From Congregibacter sp. (GTDB lineage: Bacteria > Pseudomonadota > Gammaproteobacteria > Pseudomonadales > Halieaceae), in NCBI RefSeq assembly GCF_045107095.1, contig NZ_JBGCFU010000008.1:967-64966 (forward strand): a stretch of 64,000 bases of DNA, read 5' to 3'. The translations under genes were made by a program, and so were the position numbers. The notes beneath the pieces were generated by a model, which did no database searches, was not told the DNA's origin, and worked only from the letters and a program-made list of their open reading frames with translations. This document shows, piece by piece, positions 38,280 through 48,200 of this stretch (position 1 is its first letter; the number at the start of each line of letters is the position of its first letter).

Positions 38280-38773
38280 CCAAAGCCCTTATCTTCGGCA
38301 ACTCAGGATCGGGGAAGTCCACCCTCGCAAAACGCTTGTGCAAAGACGCTGATCTAGCCCACCTGGATTTGGATACCCTCGCCTGGGAGCCCACCACGCC
38401 ACCAGCGCGTAAACCTCTGGCACTATCCGCAGCCGCCATCCACGCCTTTACGAGTGAGCACTCACATTGGGTAATTGAAGGCTGCTATGCCGATCTTATC
38501 GCCATGGCCTCCCCCCTTGCTGAAGAGCTGATATTTCTCGACATCTCCACAGAGGACTGTATTGCTCACGCCCATGCCCGCCCCTGGGAACCTCACAAGT
38601 ACCCAACGAAAGAAGCGCAGGATGCCAACCTGGAAATGCTAATAGAGTGGATAAAGGCTTATCCCGAAAGAGATGACAGCTGTTCAAGGCAGGCGCATGT
38701 AGAAGTTTTTGAGGGGTTTTCGGGCAAAAAAACGCGAATAACTTCCCCCTCTTCTACGCTCCCTGGTGAATAA
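38276..38773 (+). CDS. P-loop kinase (adenylate/shikimate-kinase-like)
   Basis: Walker A GNSGSGKST, LDLD...W, WVIEG.Y; ATGA overlap with the upstream gene. Confidence 0.82.
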   Translation: MTKALIFGNSGSGKSTLAKRLCKDADLAHLDLDTLAWEPTTPPARKPLALSAAAIHAFTSEHSHWVIEGCYADLIAMASPLAEELIFLDISTEDCIAHAHARPWEPHKYPTKEAQDANLEMLIEWIKAYPERDDSCSRQAHVEVFEGFSGKKTRITSPSSTLPGE

Positions 38774-38827
38774 GTTGGAGGAGCTTTTTCTATCTCAGCG
38801 ATAAATCCCGCGAGCTAATGATTGCCG

Positions 38828-39598
38828 TCAAAACCAAATCCGAAATCCGGCAACCACCGCAAACTCTCTTGCGTCGTTACCCTCGGCCGTCATGAGTTCG
38901 GCAGTGTCGTTAAAGTCGCCACCCCAGCTGACACCCACATAGGGCGCAAATTCACGACGGACCTCGTAACGCAACCTGAGCTCAGCGACCGAGTCGTAAA
39001 AGCCCTTACCGATCCCGATTGCCTCATCAGCGGACGCCGCAATGTTAAGTTCAACTCGGGGTTGAAGAATCAAGCGCTGCGTAAGAAACAGTTCGTACTC
39101 CGCTTCAAAGCGAAGGAAAAAATCTCCCTCGTCGCTCAAGAAGATTGCTGTATCCAACTCAAACCAATAGGGAGCGAGCCCTTGAGCGCCAATTACAAGA
39201 TAGCTCCGATTGGGCGAAGGCTCGATATCATGCCGAACGCCCGCTTGGATGTCCCAAAAAGGGCTCACCGCTTTGCTGTAAAGAAGCTGTAACTCAGCCT
39301 CCTCCAGTCCCGCGCCACTGACACTCTCTCCCTCTGTTTTGATCCATAGCTTATCCGTGTCGGTGCCAAGCCAGCCTTGTGCTTCCCACACTAACGCGTC
39401 CTCACTGTCGCTCGAGCTGAACTCCAGACGCTCCGCAATAAGTAGACTGTTCGACTGGTTACCATGCCCTGCTTTCAATGCGGCGCGGGCCTCAGCCATT
39501 GCCGTGGGATCATAGAACGCGTCGGCAGCGGTTTGTCCATGAGCGATCTGGGAGAGGAAGATGCCTCCCAGAGCGACGAACACTGTCCGATAAATCAT
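38828..39598 (-). CDS. copB: Copper resistance outer-membrane protein CopB
   Basis: W..QGW.G.D..K.W.K.EGE, Y...VSPFWD.QAG.R.D, G.QGLAPYWFE, EY....TQRL.LQP, RLRYE.RREFAPY.G, G.R.WF. Confidence 0.95.
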   Translation of the reverse strand: MIYRTVFVALGGIFLSQIAHGQTAADAFYDPTAMAEARAALKAGHGNQSNSLLIAERLEFSSSDSEDALVWEAQGWLGTDTDKLWIKTEGESVSGAGLEEAELQLLYSKAVSPFWDIQAGVRHDIEPSPNRSYLVIGAQGLAPYWFELDTAIFLSDEGDFFLRFEAEYELFLTQRLILQPRVELNIAASADEAIGIGKGFYDSVAELRLRYEVRREFAPYVGVSWGGDFNDTAELMTAEGNDAREFAVVAGFRIWF

Positions 39599-41454
39599 GC
39601 GAGTTTCGGTCTATCAACTACCGACACCACACGCATCATCCCAGCATGCATGTGGTAGAGCAGATGACAATGAAAAGCCCAGTCTCCAACAGCATCCGCC
39701 GTAATATCCACCGACATTTTCTCGCCGGGCTTTACGACAATTGTGTGCTTACGGGGTTTGAAGTCGCTATCGTTAGTCACCACTTCGAAGAACATTCCAT
39801 GCAAATGTATTGGATGAGGCATCATCGTGTCGTTCACCAGGGTGAGACGCACGCGTTCGTCCTTGTAGAGGGTGATAGGTTCATCGACCTCAGAGAACTT
39901 CAGCCCATCGAAAGACCACATATAGCGCTCCATATTGCTCGTGAGATGAAGCTCAAGTTCTCGCTGTGGGGAGCGTGAATCAGGGTTTTTCTCTCTGGAT
40001 TGCAGGTCTGTGTAAACCAAAACGCGGTGAGCCACGTCCTCGAGACCCAAGGGCCGCTCGCCAAGCCGATTGACCGGATTCATTGCAAGCCCAACTACTC
40101 CCGGACCTTTTGCGTGCTTATGCTCTTGCGTTGACCCAGCATTATTGGGCTCGTGACCCATCGCCGCATGATCCATTCCCCCATGATTCATAGCGCTATG
40201 GTCCATCGCCACCGCGTCAGTCTTACCATGGTTCATTTGCTCATGATCCATTGGTGCGTGGTTCATTTCGCCGTGGTCCATTGGCTTGTGGTTCATGGCG
40301 CCGTGATTCATCTCGCCGTGATCCATCGCCATGTCTTTCATGGTCAGCGTGGGGCGAGGTCTTAGCTGCGGGATATCTGCGCTGAGTCCTTCTTGCGGCG
40401 AGAGTGTGCCTCGAGCATAACCGTATCGGTCGTTGCTCTCTGCCATCAGTGTGTAGGCCTGATTTTTGGGCTCGACAACCACATCAAATGTCTCGGCGAT
40501 CCCTATCTGAAATTCATCGACTTCTACCGGGTTGACCGGAAGTCCATCAGCCTGAACAACGTTCAACGGGAGCCCGGGGATTCTAACGTTGAAGATACTC
40601 ATTGCTGAGGCATTGATGAAACGTAAGCGTACGCGCTCTCCAGGACTAAAAAGACCAGTCCAATTGTCTTGGGGGCCATGTCCATTAATCAGATATGTAT
40701 AAGTCGAACCAGTAACGTCAGCGATGTCAGCTGCGTTCATACGCATTTCGCCCCACATCAAACGTTCATCTAGCGCGTTTTTGAGTCCCCGCGTACGACT
40801 GTCACGATAGAACTCACCGACGGTGCGTTGTTGAAAGTTATAGTTGTCCGACATTTTCTTGAGCTTTGCAAAAACGCGATGGGGATCTTCAAAGGTCCAA
40901 TCTGAAAGCAGGACGACATACTCTCGTTCTACTGAATCCGGGTCGCTTCCCTTAGGGTCGATAATCAACGGCCCGTAGTGACCACTCTGCTCTTGCAGAC
41001 CCGAATGACTGTGATACCAATAGGTGCCCGCCTGCTGTAGGGGGAATTCGTAAACGAAAGTTTCTCCGGGCTTTATGCCGGGAAAAGTGACCCCTGGAAC
41101 GCCATCCATCTGAAAAGGCAGAAGAATTCCATGCCAATGAATGGAAGTGTCTGAGGCCAGATTGTTAGTAACTCGCATAGTCACGGTGTCGCCTTCTCTC
41201 CACCGCAGCAGCGGGGCAGGTAACTGACCATTAACGAGAACGCCCGCGCCTTCACGACCATCAATGGTGCACAAGGCCTGATCGACGTTAAGATCAAAGA
41301 TGTTACCCAACTGGGGCCGCATACCCTCGAGGCTTGACGCTAATCCCCCTCGAGCCCAAGGGGGCAATGCCAGGTTCAGACCAGCAGCCGCTGCGACAAA
41401 CGCACCCTTGCGGAGAAAGCCCCGTCGATTAACACTATTCCCAGTCATAGCCAT
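39595..41454 (-). CDS. copA: Periplasmic multicopper oxidase CopA (Tat substrate)
   Basis: Tat NRRGFL; HWHG, WYHSH, HPIHLHG, HCHLLYHM copper ligands; central Met/His-rich region. The true start may be ATG 41448. Confidence 0.96.
   Translation of the reverse strand: MAMTGNSVNRRGFLRKGAFVAAAAGLNLALPPWARGGLASSLEGMRPQLGNIFDLNVDQALCTIDGREGAGVLVNGQLPAPLLRWREGDTVTMRVTNNLASDTSIHWHGILLPFQMDGVPGVTFPGIKPGETFVYEFPLQQAGTYWYHSHSGLQEQSGHYGPLIIDPKGSDPDSVEREYVVLLSDWTFEDPHRVFAKLKKMSDNYNFQQRTVGEFYRDSRTRGLKNALDERLMWGEMRMNAADIADVTGSTYTYLINGHGPQDNWTGLFSPGERVRLRFINASAMSIFNVRIPGLPLNVVQADGLPVNPVEVDEFQIGIAETFDVVVEPKNQAYTLMAESNDRYGYARGTLSPQEGLSADIPQLRPRPTLTMKDMAMDHGEMNHGAMNHKPMDHGEMNHAPMDHEQMNHGKTDAVAMDHSAMNHGGMDHAAMGHEPNNAGSTQEHKHAKGPGVVGLAMNPVNRLGERPLGLEDVAHRVLVYTDLQSREKNPDSRSPQRELELHLTSNMERYMWSFDGLKFSEVDEPITLYKDERVRLTLVNDTMMPHPIHLHGMFFEVVTNDSDFKPRKHTIVVKPGEKMSVDITADAVGDWAFHCHLLYHMHAGMMRVVSVVDRPKLA
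40153..40332 (-). repeat. 15-nt-period coding repeat giving MxHxx pentapeptides in CopA
   Basis: MDHGE MNHGA MNHKP MDHGE MNHAP MDHEQ MNHGK ... MDHSA MNHGG MDHAA MGH. Confidence 0.9.
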
Positions 41455-41485
41455 ATACTACATACCCCTAGGGGGTATACGTCAA
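41455..41485 (-). promoter_or_regulatory. Putative sigma70 promoter of copAB
   Basis: TTGACG (41485-41480), 19-bp spacer containing the operator, TAGTAT (41460-41455). Confidence 0.55.
41462..41478. promoter_or_regulatory. CsoR-type operator
   Basis: ATACCCC-TAG-GGGGTAT perfect inverted repeat with C/G tracts, centred in the 40-bp gap between copA and csoR; matches the TAC-C/G-tract-GTA form of CsoR/RcnR operators. Confidence 0.85.
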
Positions 41486-41494
41486 GGTTTGGAT

Positions 41495-41767
41495 ATGGAT
41501 CAAGAACGAGACAAAACACTTAAACGCTTAGCTCGAATCGAGGGCCAGGTCAGAGGCGTAGTAGCGATGATTGAATCTGATCGATATTGCATTGACGTGC
41601 TAAATCAACTCAGTGCAATACAATCGGCGCTGGCCAAGGTTGAGGATGCTGTGCTCAAAGACCATGCTGCCAGTTGCGTTGAGCGCGCGATCGCGTCAGG
41701 CGACCCCAAAGACCAGCGGGTGAAATTCAATGAGCTAGTGGACCTTATTTCAAAGATTAAAAAGTAG
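41495..41767 (+). CDS. csoR: CsoR-family Cu(I)-sensing repressor
   Basis: RL.RIEGQVRG...MIE.DRYC.D.L.Q, H...C (x-C-H-C fingerprint). Likely ATG 41495; the track extension to 41300 overlaps copA antisense. Confidence 0.92.
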   Translation: MDQERDKTLKRLARIEGQVRGVVAMIESDRYCIDVLNQLSAIQSALAKVEDAVLKDHAASCVERAIASGDPKDQRVKFNELVDLISKIKK

Positions 41768-41871
41768 ACGTGCTACCCGATGTCTTTTGTCGGAGATCGT
41801 TAAAAACTACGCACACCATCGTTAGTAGATGTAGTTGAAGGCACACCGTGTCTCCCAATCCACCTGGTTGT

Positions 41872-43701
41872 TTATTGCCAGAATACAAGTGGCAGTGCGC
41901 CCTGCTGAAACATCACCAGACATAGTTGCAGGCTAAAAAGCACTGCGACCTGATCAAAGTTACTTCGCCCTTGATGCGACCACATCCGATAAGCCGCAAA
42001 CACCAAAAAAACAGGCAGTAAACAGCTCAGCGTAGCGAGTGTTGCACTAGCCAAAGTGAATTCGCCGAATTGAAGATAGGACTGCTTCGTAAACAAATAG
42101 ACAGGTAGTGCGAATGCCAGGAGGCACAGCCAAGGCAATAGTAGCGGGCGACCTACAGCAGACGGACCGCGGAGTAACAACCAGAATCCGCGCACCAATA
42201 CGTAAAGCAATCCGAACACACCGGCAAGTAGACTAAACCAGCCGAGACACAGCATGATAAGAGATGCTCGCTCCCAGCTTATAAGCCCGTTGCTCAACCG
42301 GTCGCTTTGATCGCCAACAAAAACAAACGACGCCATGCTTCTTTCGGCATCCCGAAACAAGCCCTCTCCCAAGGGCAACAGAAGCCGCTGCTGCCCCTGC
42401 AATGAGTGCACCACCAGCCCATTGCGCTCTGAATCTACGCTTAGCCAAATAGAGTTAAACATCCAATCAAGCCAGGCAAATTCCGCCATGATGGCTGGCG
42501 CCAGCCGATACAAACCTGTGTATTTCTCGAGATCTACATTGGCGGCCGTCTGAGCCTCGACTAAAGGTTCGATATCAATTCGTTCAATGAAGTATTTGGT
42601 GAAACGCTCATAGTCGGCGCCTTCAAAGTCCGCATTTATTGCATAGAAGAACGCCTTCCCTTCTTTTCGAAACAAGCAGATCCGCGCGCGAAAACCAAAG
42701 GTTTCACCAGGGTGGCAATCTCCCAAAACACCGTGTCTGTCTCGAGATGCCAGGGCCAAACCATGTCCCAGTGACAAGCCAGCTCGATAAGCGTCTGTGG
42801 TAGACGGTGTGCCGAGAGCGTCCATGTGTTCTGTTGCTATAAACACCTCGCCATTCAGGCTTCCGTTACCCAGTAGAAACTCAAGGAGAACCTGCATGTC
42901 AGCCGCCGTGGTCGTGAACTGCCCCGCTGGGCGCAAGAACATTGCGACAGACCTTTGTGGGACGCCACCATCTATGTACCCCATGGCGAGTTTCGAATCC
43001 TGCGCTTGAGTAACAAAGAAAAAGCTGCTGTCGTGCATGCCCAAGGGCATCAGCAGTTCCCGCCCCAAATAGTCCTCGTAGCGCATCGACGTAACTTCTT
43101 CGATCACAAGACCCAATAGCGCGTAGCCCATATTCGAGTAGGAATACTGACTACCGGGACGCGTACGCAGCTGCAGGAGCTGTTCGTGAGACCGCGGAAA
43201 AGCATCCCTAAGCGGCGTATTGCCAGTAACTCCTGAGTTCAGAAACTGCCAGATGCGCAGGTTGTCGAGCCCCGCCGTATGCTCCAGTAAGTGTCTTACG
43301 GTTACAGGTGACTCATTACGCCAGGGATTGTCCCAGTTAAGCGTCGGGAGCATGTCTTCGACGGTGCTGTCCAGACTTAGCTGCCCTTCGGATACAAGAT
43401 GCAGTACCCCCATCGCCACTAGCACTTTCGTTACCGATCCAACTTGCACCCGCGTATCGGCGTTCATGGTCCGCGCAGTGGTCAGATCGGCGTAGCCATT
43501 TCCACCGGATAGCGGCCCGCCTTCGCCAATCACTGCCCAAGCAATCCCGGGGAACGACTCCTCTTCCAGCATGAGGTCGAGCTGCTTCGTGGTACTTGGA
43601 AAGGACAACGAGGCTACTGACAGCAGCAGGATCCCGACGAGCAACCTGCTGGCAATACTGAAGCCAGATCGACGGTAATGTGAGCTTAAAAACATCCGCA
43701 C
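41872..43701 (-). CDS. Beta-lactamase-fold serine hydrolase with C-terminal membrane helices
   Basis: SxxK (GSVTK), LL.HTAGL, YSN.GY, G..H; three to four hydrophobic C-terminal segments. Confidence 0.85.
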   Translation of the reverse strand: MRMFLSSHYRRSGFSIASRLLVGILLLSVASLSFPSTTKQLDLMLEEESFPGIAWAVIGEGGPLSGGNGYADLTTARTMNADTRVQVGSVTKVLVAMGVLHLVSEGQLSLDSTVEDMLPTLNWDNPWRNESPVTVRHLLEHTAGLDNLRIWQFLNSGVTGNTPLRDAFPRSHEQLLQLRTRPGSQYSYSNMGYALLGLVIEEVTSMRYEDYLGRELLMPLGMHDSSFFFVTQAQDSKLAMGYIDGGVPQRSVAMFLRPAGQFTTTAADMQVLLEFLLGNGSLNGEVFIATEHMDALGTPSTTDAYRAGLSLGHGLALASRDRHGVLGDCHPGETFGFRARICLFRKEGKAFFYAINADFEGADYERFTKYFIERIDIEPLVEAQTAANVDLEKYTGLYRLAPAIMAEFAWLDWMFNSIWLSVDSERNGLVVHSLQGQQRLLLPLGEGLFRDAERSMASFVFVGDQSDRLSNGLISWERASLIMLCLGWFSLLAGVFGLLYVLVRGFWLLLRGPSAVGRPLLLPWLCLLAFALPVYLFTKQSYLQFGEFTLASATLATLSCLLPVFLVFAAYRMWSHQGRSNFDQVAVLFSLQLCLVMFQQGALPLVFWQ

Positions 43702-43774
43702 ATCGTAAGGCGAGGCAGGAACCTCCGCTACTGAACCTATCCGATATAAGGATCAGTTAGTCGCATTCAGGGGA

Positions 43775-43815
43775 GTTTCGGAGCTCTGGTTTCGGAGCTC
43801 TGGTTTCGGAGCTCT
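43775..43815. repeat. Intergenic 14-bp tandem repeat x2.9 (VNTR-like)
   Basis: GTTTCGGAGCTCTG at 43775 and 43789, and GTTTCGGAGCTCT at 43803. Confidence 0.95.
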
Positions 43816-43825
43816 CATTGCAGTA

Positions 43826-44266
43826 CTACAGAAGCCCTAACGACTTCAGGCGAGGCCATTCAATAGCTGGGCAGCGATCCATCACAACGCGAACACCCTG
43901 CGTTTCTGCCCGCGACGCAGCCTCGTGATCGACTACATCGAGCTGCGTCCATAAGACACTGGCTGGACAGGCAATAACATCTTCAACAATCTGTGGAAGA
44001 AAACTCGCGTTGCGAAACACGTCCACCATATCGACCGCTACAGGGATATCGCCAAGAGACCCGTAAACCCGCTGCCCCAGTAGTTCCGAACCTGCCAAAC
44101 CTGGATTCACGGGATATACCGAATAGCCTTTGTCTAACAAAAACCTCATCACTTCGTTGCTAGGACGCTCAGGCTTTGGGCTCGCACCAAGGAGCGCGAT
44201 TCTATTGACGGAGCGCAGAACGTCCGCAATCTCTGCATCTGTGTTCAAAGGCATGCGCTTACGCAT
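43826..44266 (-). CDS. CoA-binding protein (YccU family)
   Basis: IA.LGAS.KP.RPS..V...L...GY.V.PVNP, VDMVDVFR, W.QL.V, VMDRC..IE. Start ATG 44266 or 44254, overlapping the upstream stop. Confidence 0.92.
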   Translation of the reverse strand: MRKRMPLNTDAEIADVLRSVNRIALLGASPKPERPSNEVMRFLLDKGYSVYPVNPGLAGSELLGQRVYGSLGDIPVAVDMVDVFRNASFLPQIVEDVIACPASVLWTQLDVVDHEAASRAETQGVRVVMDRCPAIEWPRLKSLGLL

Positions 44267-45074
44267 CACCCCAAACGGGTGGGCGCTTTTCAAAGAAAGC
44301 AGCTTTACCCTCTTCTGCATCTTCGGATGTCATCGCGCGGACCATAGCGTCATTGGCGTAGGCGAAGGCGTCTTCGATGGGCATATCCACCTGCCGGTAA
44401 AAATCGGCTTTGCCATGGCGAATACCCTGAGCGGATTTGGCGGCAATACGCTCCGCAAGCTCGATTGTTCGCTCCAATAGTTGCTCGGCGGGCACGCATT
44501 CGTTGATTAAACCGAATCGAACGGCGTCCTCGGCGCTAAAGCTATCCCCGGTAAGCGCCATCGCCATGGCATGCTTGCGGTGGACGTTTCGGCCGATACC
44601 TACCAGGGGAGTTGTGCAGAACCCACCCATGTTCACGCCGGGCGTGCAAAAAGAGGCGCTATCCGCAGCAATCGCCAAATCACAGGCAGATACCAACTGG
44701 CAACCCGCCGCGGTGGCTGTTCCCTGAACACAGGCAATGATGGCCTTAGGCGAGTTCACAATCGCCAGCATCATTCGAGAACAGGTATCGAGTATCAATC
44801 GCATGCGCTGAAACTGAGAGTCACGGCCCTCGCCGTCTTGCTGGCTCATCTCCCGCAGATCATGCCCCGCAGAAAACACTGGGCCGTTTGCAGCGATAAC
44901 AACCGCACGCACAGCGGGGTCATCATTCGCGCGCTCCAGCGCATCGATAAGTGAATTCAACATGTGCAAAGAGAGAGGGTTACGCTGCTTTTCGCGATCC
45001 AGAGTAATCCAACGCACGTTATTGCCGCTTGTCTCAGTTAGCGGCGCTTCCACATTTACAACTGTTTCGGACAT
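44259..45074 (-). CDS. Enoyl-CoA hydratase/isomerase family (ECHDC3-like)
   Basis: RNPLS, VFSAGHDL.E, G.ATAAGCQLV..CDLA.A, F.TPGV..G.FC.TP.V, F.EKR.P.W. Confidence 0.93.
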   Translation of the reverse strand: MSETVVNVEAPLTETSGNNVRWITLDREKQRNPLSLHMLNSLIDALERANDDPAVRAVVIAANGPVFSAGHDLREMSQQDGEGRDSQFQRMRLILDTCSRMMLAIVNSPKAIIACVQGTATAAGCQLVSACDLAIAADSASFCTPGVNMGGFCTTPLVGIGRNVHRKHAMAMALTGDSFSAEDAVRFGLINECVPAEQLLERTIELAERIAAKSAQGIRHGKADFYRQVDMPIEDAFAYANDAMVRAMTSEDAEEGKAAFFEKRPPVWGDA

Positions 45075-45233
45075 TCAAAAGCACTCCTTTTTATAGTGTG
45101 GGCGGCACATACTTATCGTACGGGCTGTTCGTGCCCCTTTTGCTCTATGCGCATAGTAAAGTTCCCAGTGCAGCTGTGGTAGGGTCTCCGCCCGACAATA
45201 TAATCGTCCCCCGACAAGCAGACAGGAGATTTT

Positions 45234-48200
45234 ATGCCGTCACTTCATCTTCCATGGCTACGCGCAAGGCTACGCAGCCCCTTTTTAGCCGTTGCCAGCC
45301 TGGCTCTTGCCACATCGCTCAGCACTTCGCCGGCCAATGCCGACATTGATCCGGACAGCTTTGCGCCAGAGATCCGCGCTATGGAATGGCGCGAAGTAGG
45401 GCCCTTTCGCGGCGGACGCTCCGCTGCGGTAGCCGGCCTTCCCGGAGACAGAGACAAGTACTACTTTGGCTCTACCGGTGGCGGCGTCTGGATGACCGAG
45501 AATGGCGGCACGTCCTGGGACAACATATCCGACGGCTACTTCGGTGGATCCATTGGTGCGGTCGCCGTATCCGAGTGGGATTCCAATGTGATTTACGTGG
45601 GCACGGGTGAAAAAACCGTGCGCGGCAATGTTTCTCCTGGCGACGGTATGTGGAAGTCCATGGATGCGGGTGATACCTGGTCGCGGATAGGTCTGGAAGA
45701 CTCCCAACACATTTCGCGAATCCGTATCCATCCCACGGACCCTGACACCGCCTACGCCGCAGTGATGGGTCACCTTTTCGGTCCCAATGAGCAGCGTGGG
45801 GTGTTCCGTACCACAGACGGCGGAGCGAACTGGGAAAAGGTACTGTTTGTTAACGATGAAGTAGGTGCGGTAGATCTGGCTATGGATCCCAGTAACCCAC
45901 GGATTCTGTATGCCAGCTTCTGGCGCGTAAAGCGCACGCCTTACTCACTGGAGAGTGGCGGCGAAGGCTCAGGCCTTTACAAGAGCGTCGACGGCGGTGA
46001 CAGCTGGACGGAGCTAACTCGCAATGAAGGACTGCCTCGAGGCACGATCGGAATCAGCGGCATCACCGTGTCTCCTAGCAACAATAAAAACGTCTATGCC
46101 ATCATCGAAGCGGAAGATGGTGGCGTGTTCCGTTCGCGCGACGGCGGTAAAACCTGGGCCAAGACCAGCGAGAATCGCAATCTTCGCCAAAGGGCCTGGT
46201 ACTACACGCGCATCTTTGCGGACCCCATGGATGAAGAGGCCGTTTACGTAGCCAACGTGCGTTTCCACTTCTCCAAGGACGGCGGTAAAACCTTCAGCGA
46301 AATCGACACTCCCCACGGCGACAACCACGATCTGTGGATCGACCCCGCAGACCCCATGCGCATGATTCAGTCCAATGATGGCGGTGCGAACGTCTCCTAC
46401 GATCGCGGCGAGACCTGGTCCACTCAAGCGAATCAACCCACGGTACAGTTTTACCGTGTCGCTACCGACAATGATTTTCCCTACCGACTACTCGGTGGGC
46501 AGCAAGATAACTCCGCAGTACGCATCCGTTCACGATCAGCCATGGGCTCGTCTATCGGGATCCGTGATTGGGAACCTACAGCAGGTGGCGAAAGCGGCCA
46601 CATCGCAGCCAAGCCCGACGATCCGGATGTGGTTGTCGGTGGCTCCTACGGCGGTTTGATGCGTCTGGTGAATCACCGCACCGGTGAACGACGGGCGCTG
46701 GATGTCTGGCCAGACAACCCCATGGGTTGGGGGGCCGCCGAGGTGAAGTACCGCTTCCAATGGAACTACCCCATTGCCTTCTCCAAACACGACCCTGATG
46801 TGTTGTTTGTTTCGGCAAACGCCGTTTTCAGAAGTGATGACCTTGGCTACAACTGGACCCAGATTAGTCCAGACCTCACTGTTAATGACAAAAGCCGCAT
46901 GGGTAAATCAGGTGGCCCGATCACCAAGGACGATACCGGTGTTGAGTACTACGGCACGGTCTTTGTACTTACAGAATCTCATCACGAAGCCGGCGTACTC
47001 TGGGCGGGCAGTGACGATGGAAAAGTTCACGTAACCCGAGATGGTGGCGAAAACTGGAAAGACGTTACCCCTTCTGCTCTTCCTGATTGGGCCATGGTGA
47101 ACAGTATAGATATCGATCCGTTCAATGAAGGCGGTGCCTATCTGGCAGCCACCCGCTACAAGATGGACGACTTCAAGCCCTATCTGTTTTATACCGATAA
47201 CTGGGGCAAAAGCTGGAAGCGCATCAGCAGCAATATCCCCGACGACCACTTCACCCGTGTTGTGCGCGCAGATACCGAAAGAGAAGGACTGCTGTTTGCG
47301 GGTACAGAGCGCGGTGCTTACTACTCTTTAAACAACGGCGGCAGCTGGCAACCGATACAACTGAATCTTCCTATTGTTCCCGTGACGGACATGCAGGTTA
47401 AAGATGGTGACTTGATCGCGGCAACACAGGGCCGTGGCTTCTGGATCATGGACGACCTGAGCACGCTGCGGCAGCTGGATAAAGACCATGCTGGATCCGT
47501 GCATCTTTACACCCCACGACCGTCCTATCGCATACTTTCCAAGGGCTGGGATCGATCGAAAGGGCCCGCCGGCACAAACCCCGAAGAAGGTGTAGCGATT
47601 TATTACAGCCTTCCGGAAAATCTTGCGTCCGATGCATCTGTCGAGATGTCTGTTTACAAGGAAGGTGACGATAGCGCCATCTGGACTTGGTCAAGAGAGC
47701 CCGGCGCCGATGATGAAGCGGGCGCTGGCGACGAGCCTGATACGCGAGTACTGAGCGCGGATGCGGGCCTCAACCGCCATGTCTGGAATCTTGATTATCC
47801 GGGCATGGAGCGTTTTGACGGTCTCATCCTGTGGTCCGACATGAAAACCGGTCCTCGCGCTGTCCCCGGAGAATACCGCGCCGAACTTATGGTTGATGGT
47901 GAGAGCCAGAGTGTTGCCTTTGAGGTGATTCCTGACCCACGCTCAAGCGCCACCCCCGAAGACTTGGCGGCGCAGTTCGACTTTGTGCTGGAGACCCGCG
48001 ACCTGCTATCACGCATGCACAGGGAAATCGGTGAAATTCGCAGCTTCCGCTCTCAGCTAGATGCTCTTGAAGCACGTCTGGTCAGCGAGGGCGACAGTGC
48101 AGACGAGCCGTCGGCACTGCTCAGCGAAATCCTCGCTATGGGTGAGTCCATCACTGGCGTGGAAGAGGCTTTGTACCAAACCAAAAATCAAAGCCGACAA

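Noticed and set aside
40153-40332. Met/His pentapeptide repeats in CopA as a novelty
   Set aside because: A well-known feature of CopA/CueO-type oxidases.
41300-41494. N-terminal extensions given by the ORF track (csoR from 41300, DUF3192 from 2792, SDR from 6692, M1 from 32629)
   Set aside because: They overlap neighbouring genes or regulatory DNA; homology and SD position support the later starts.
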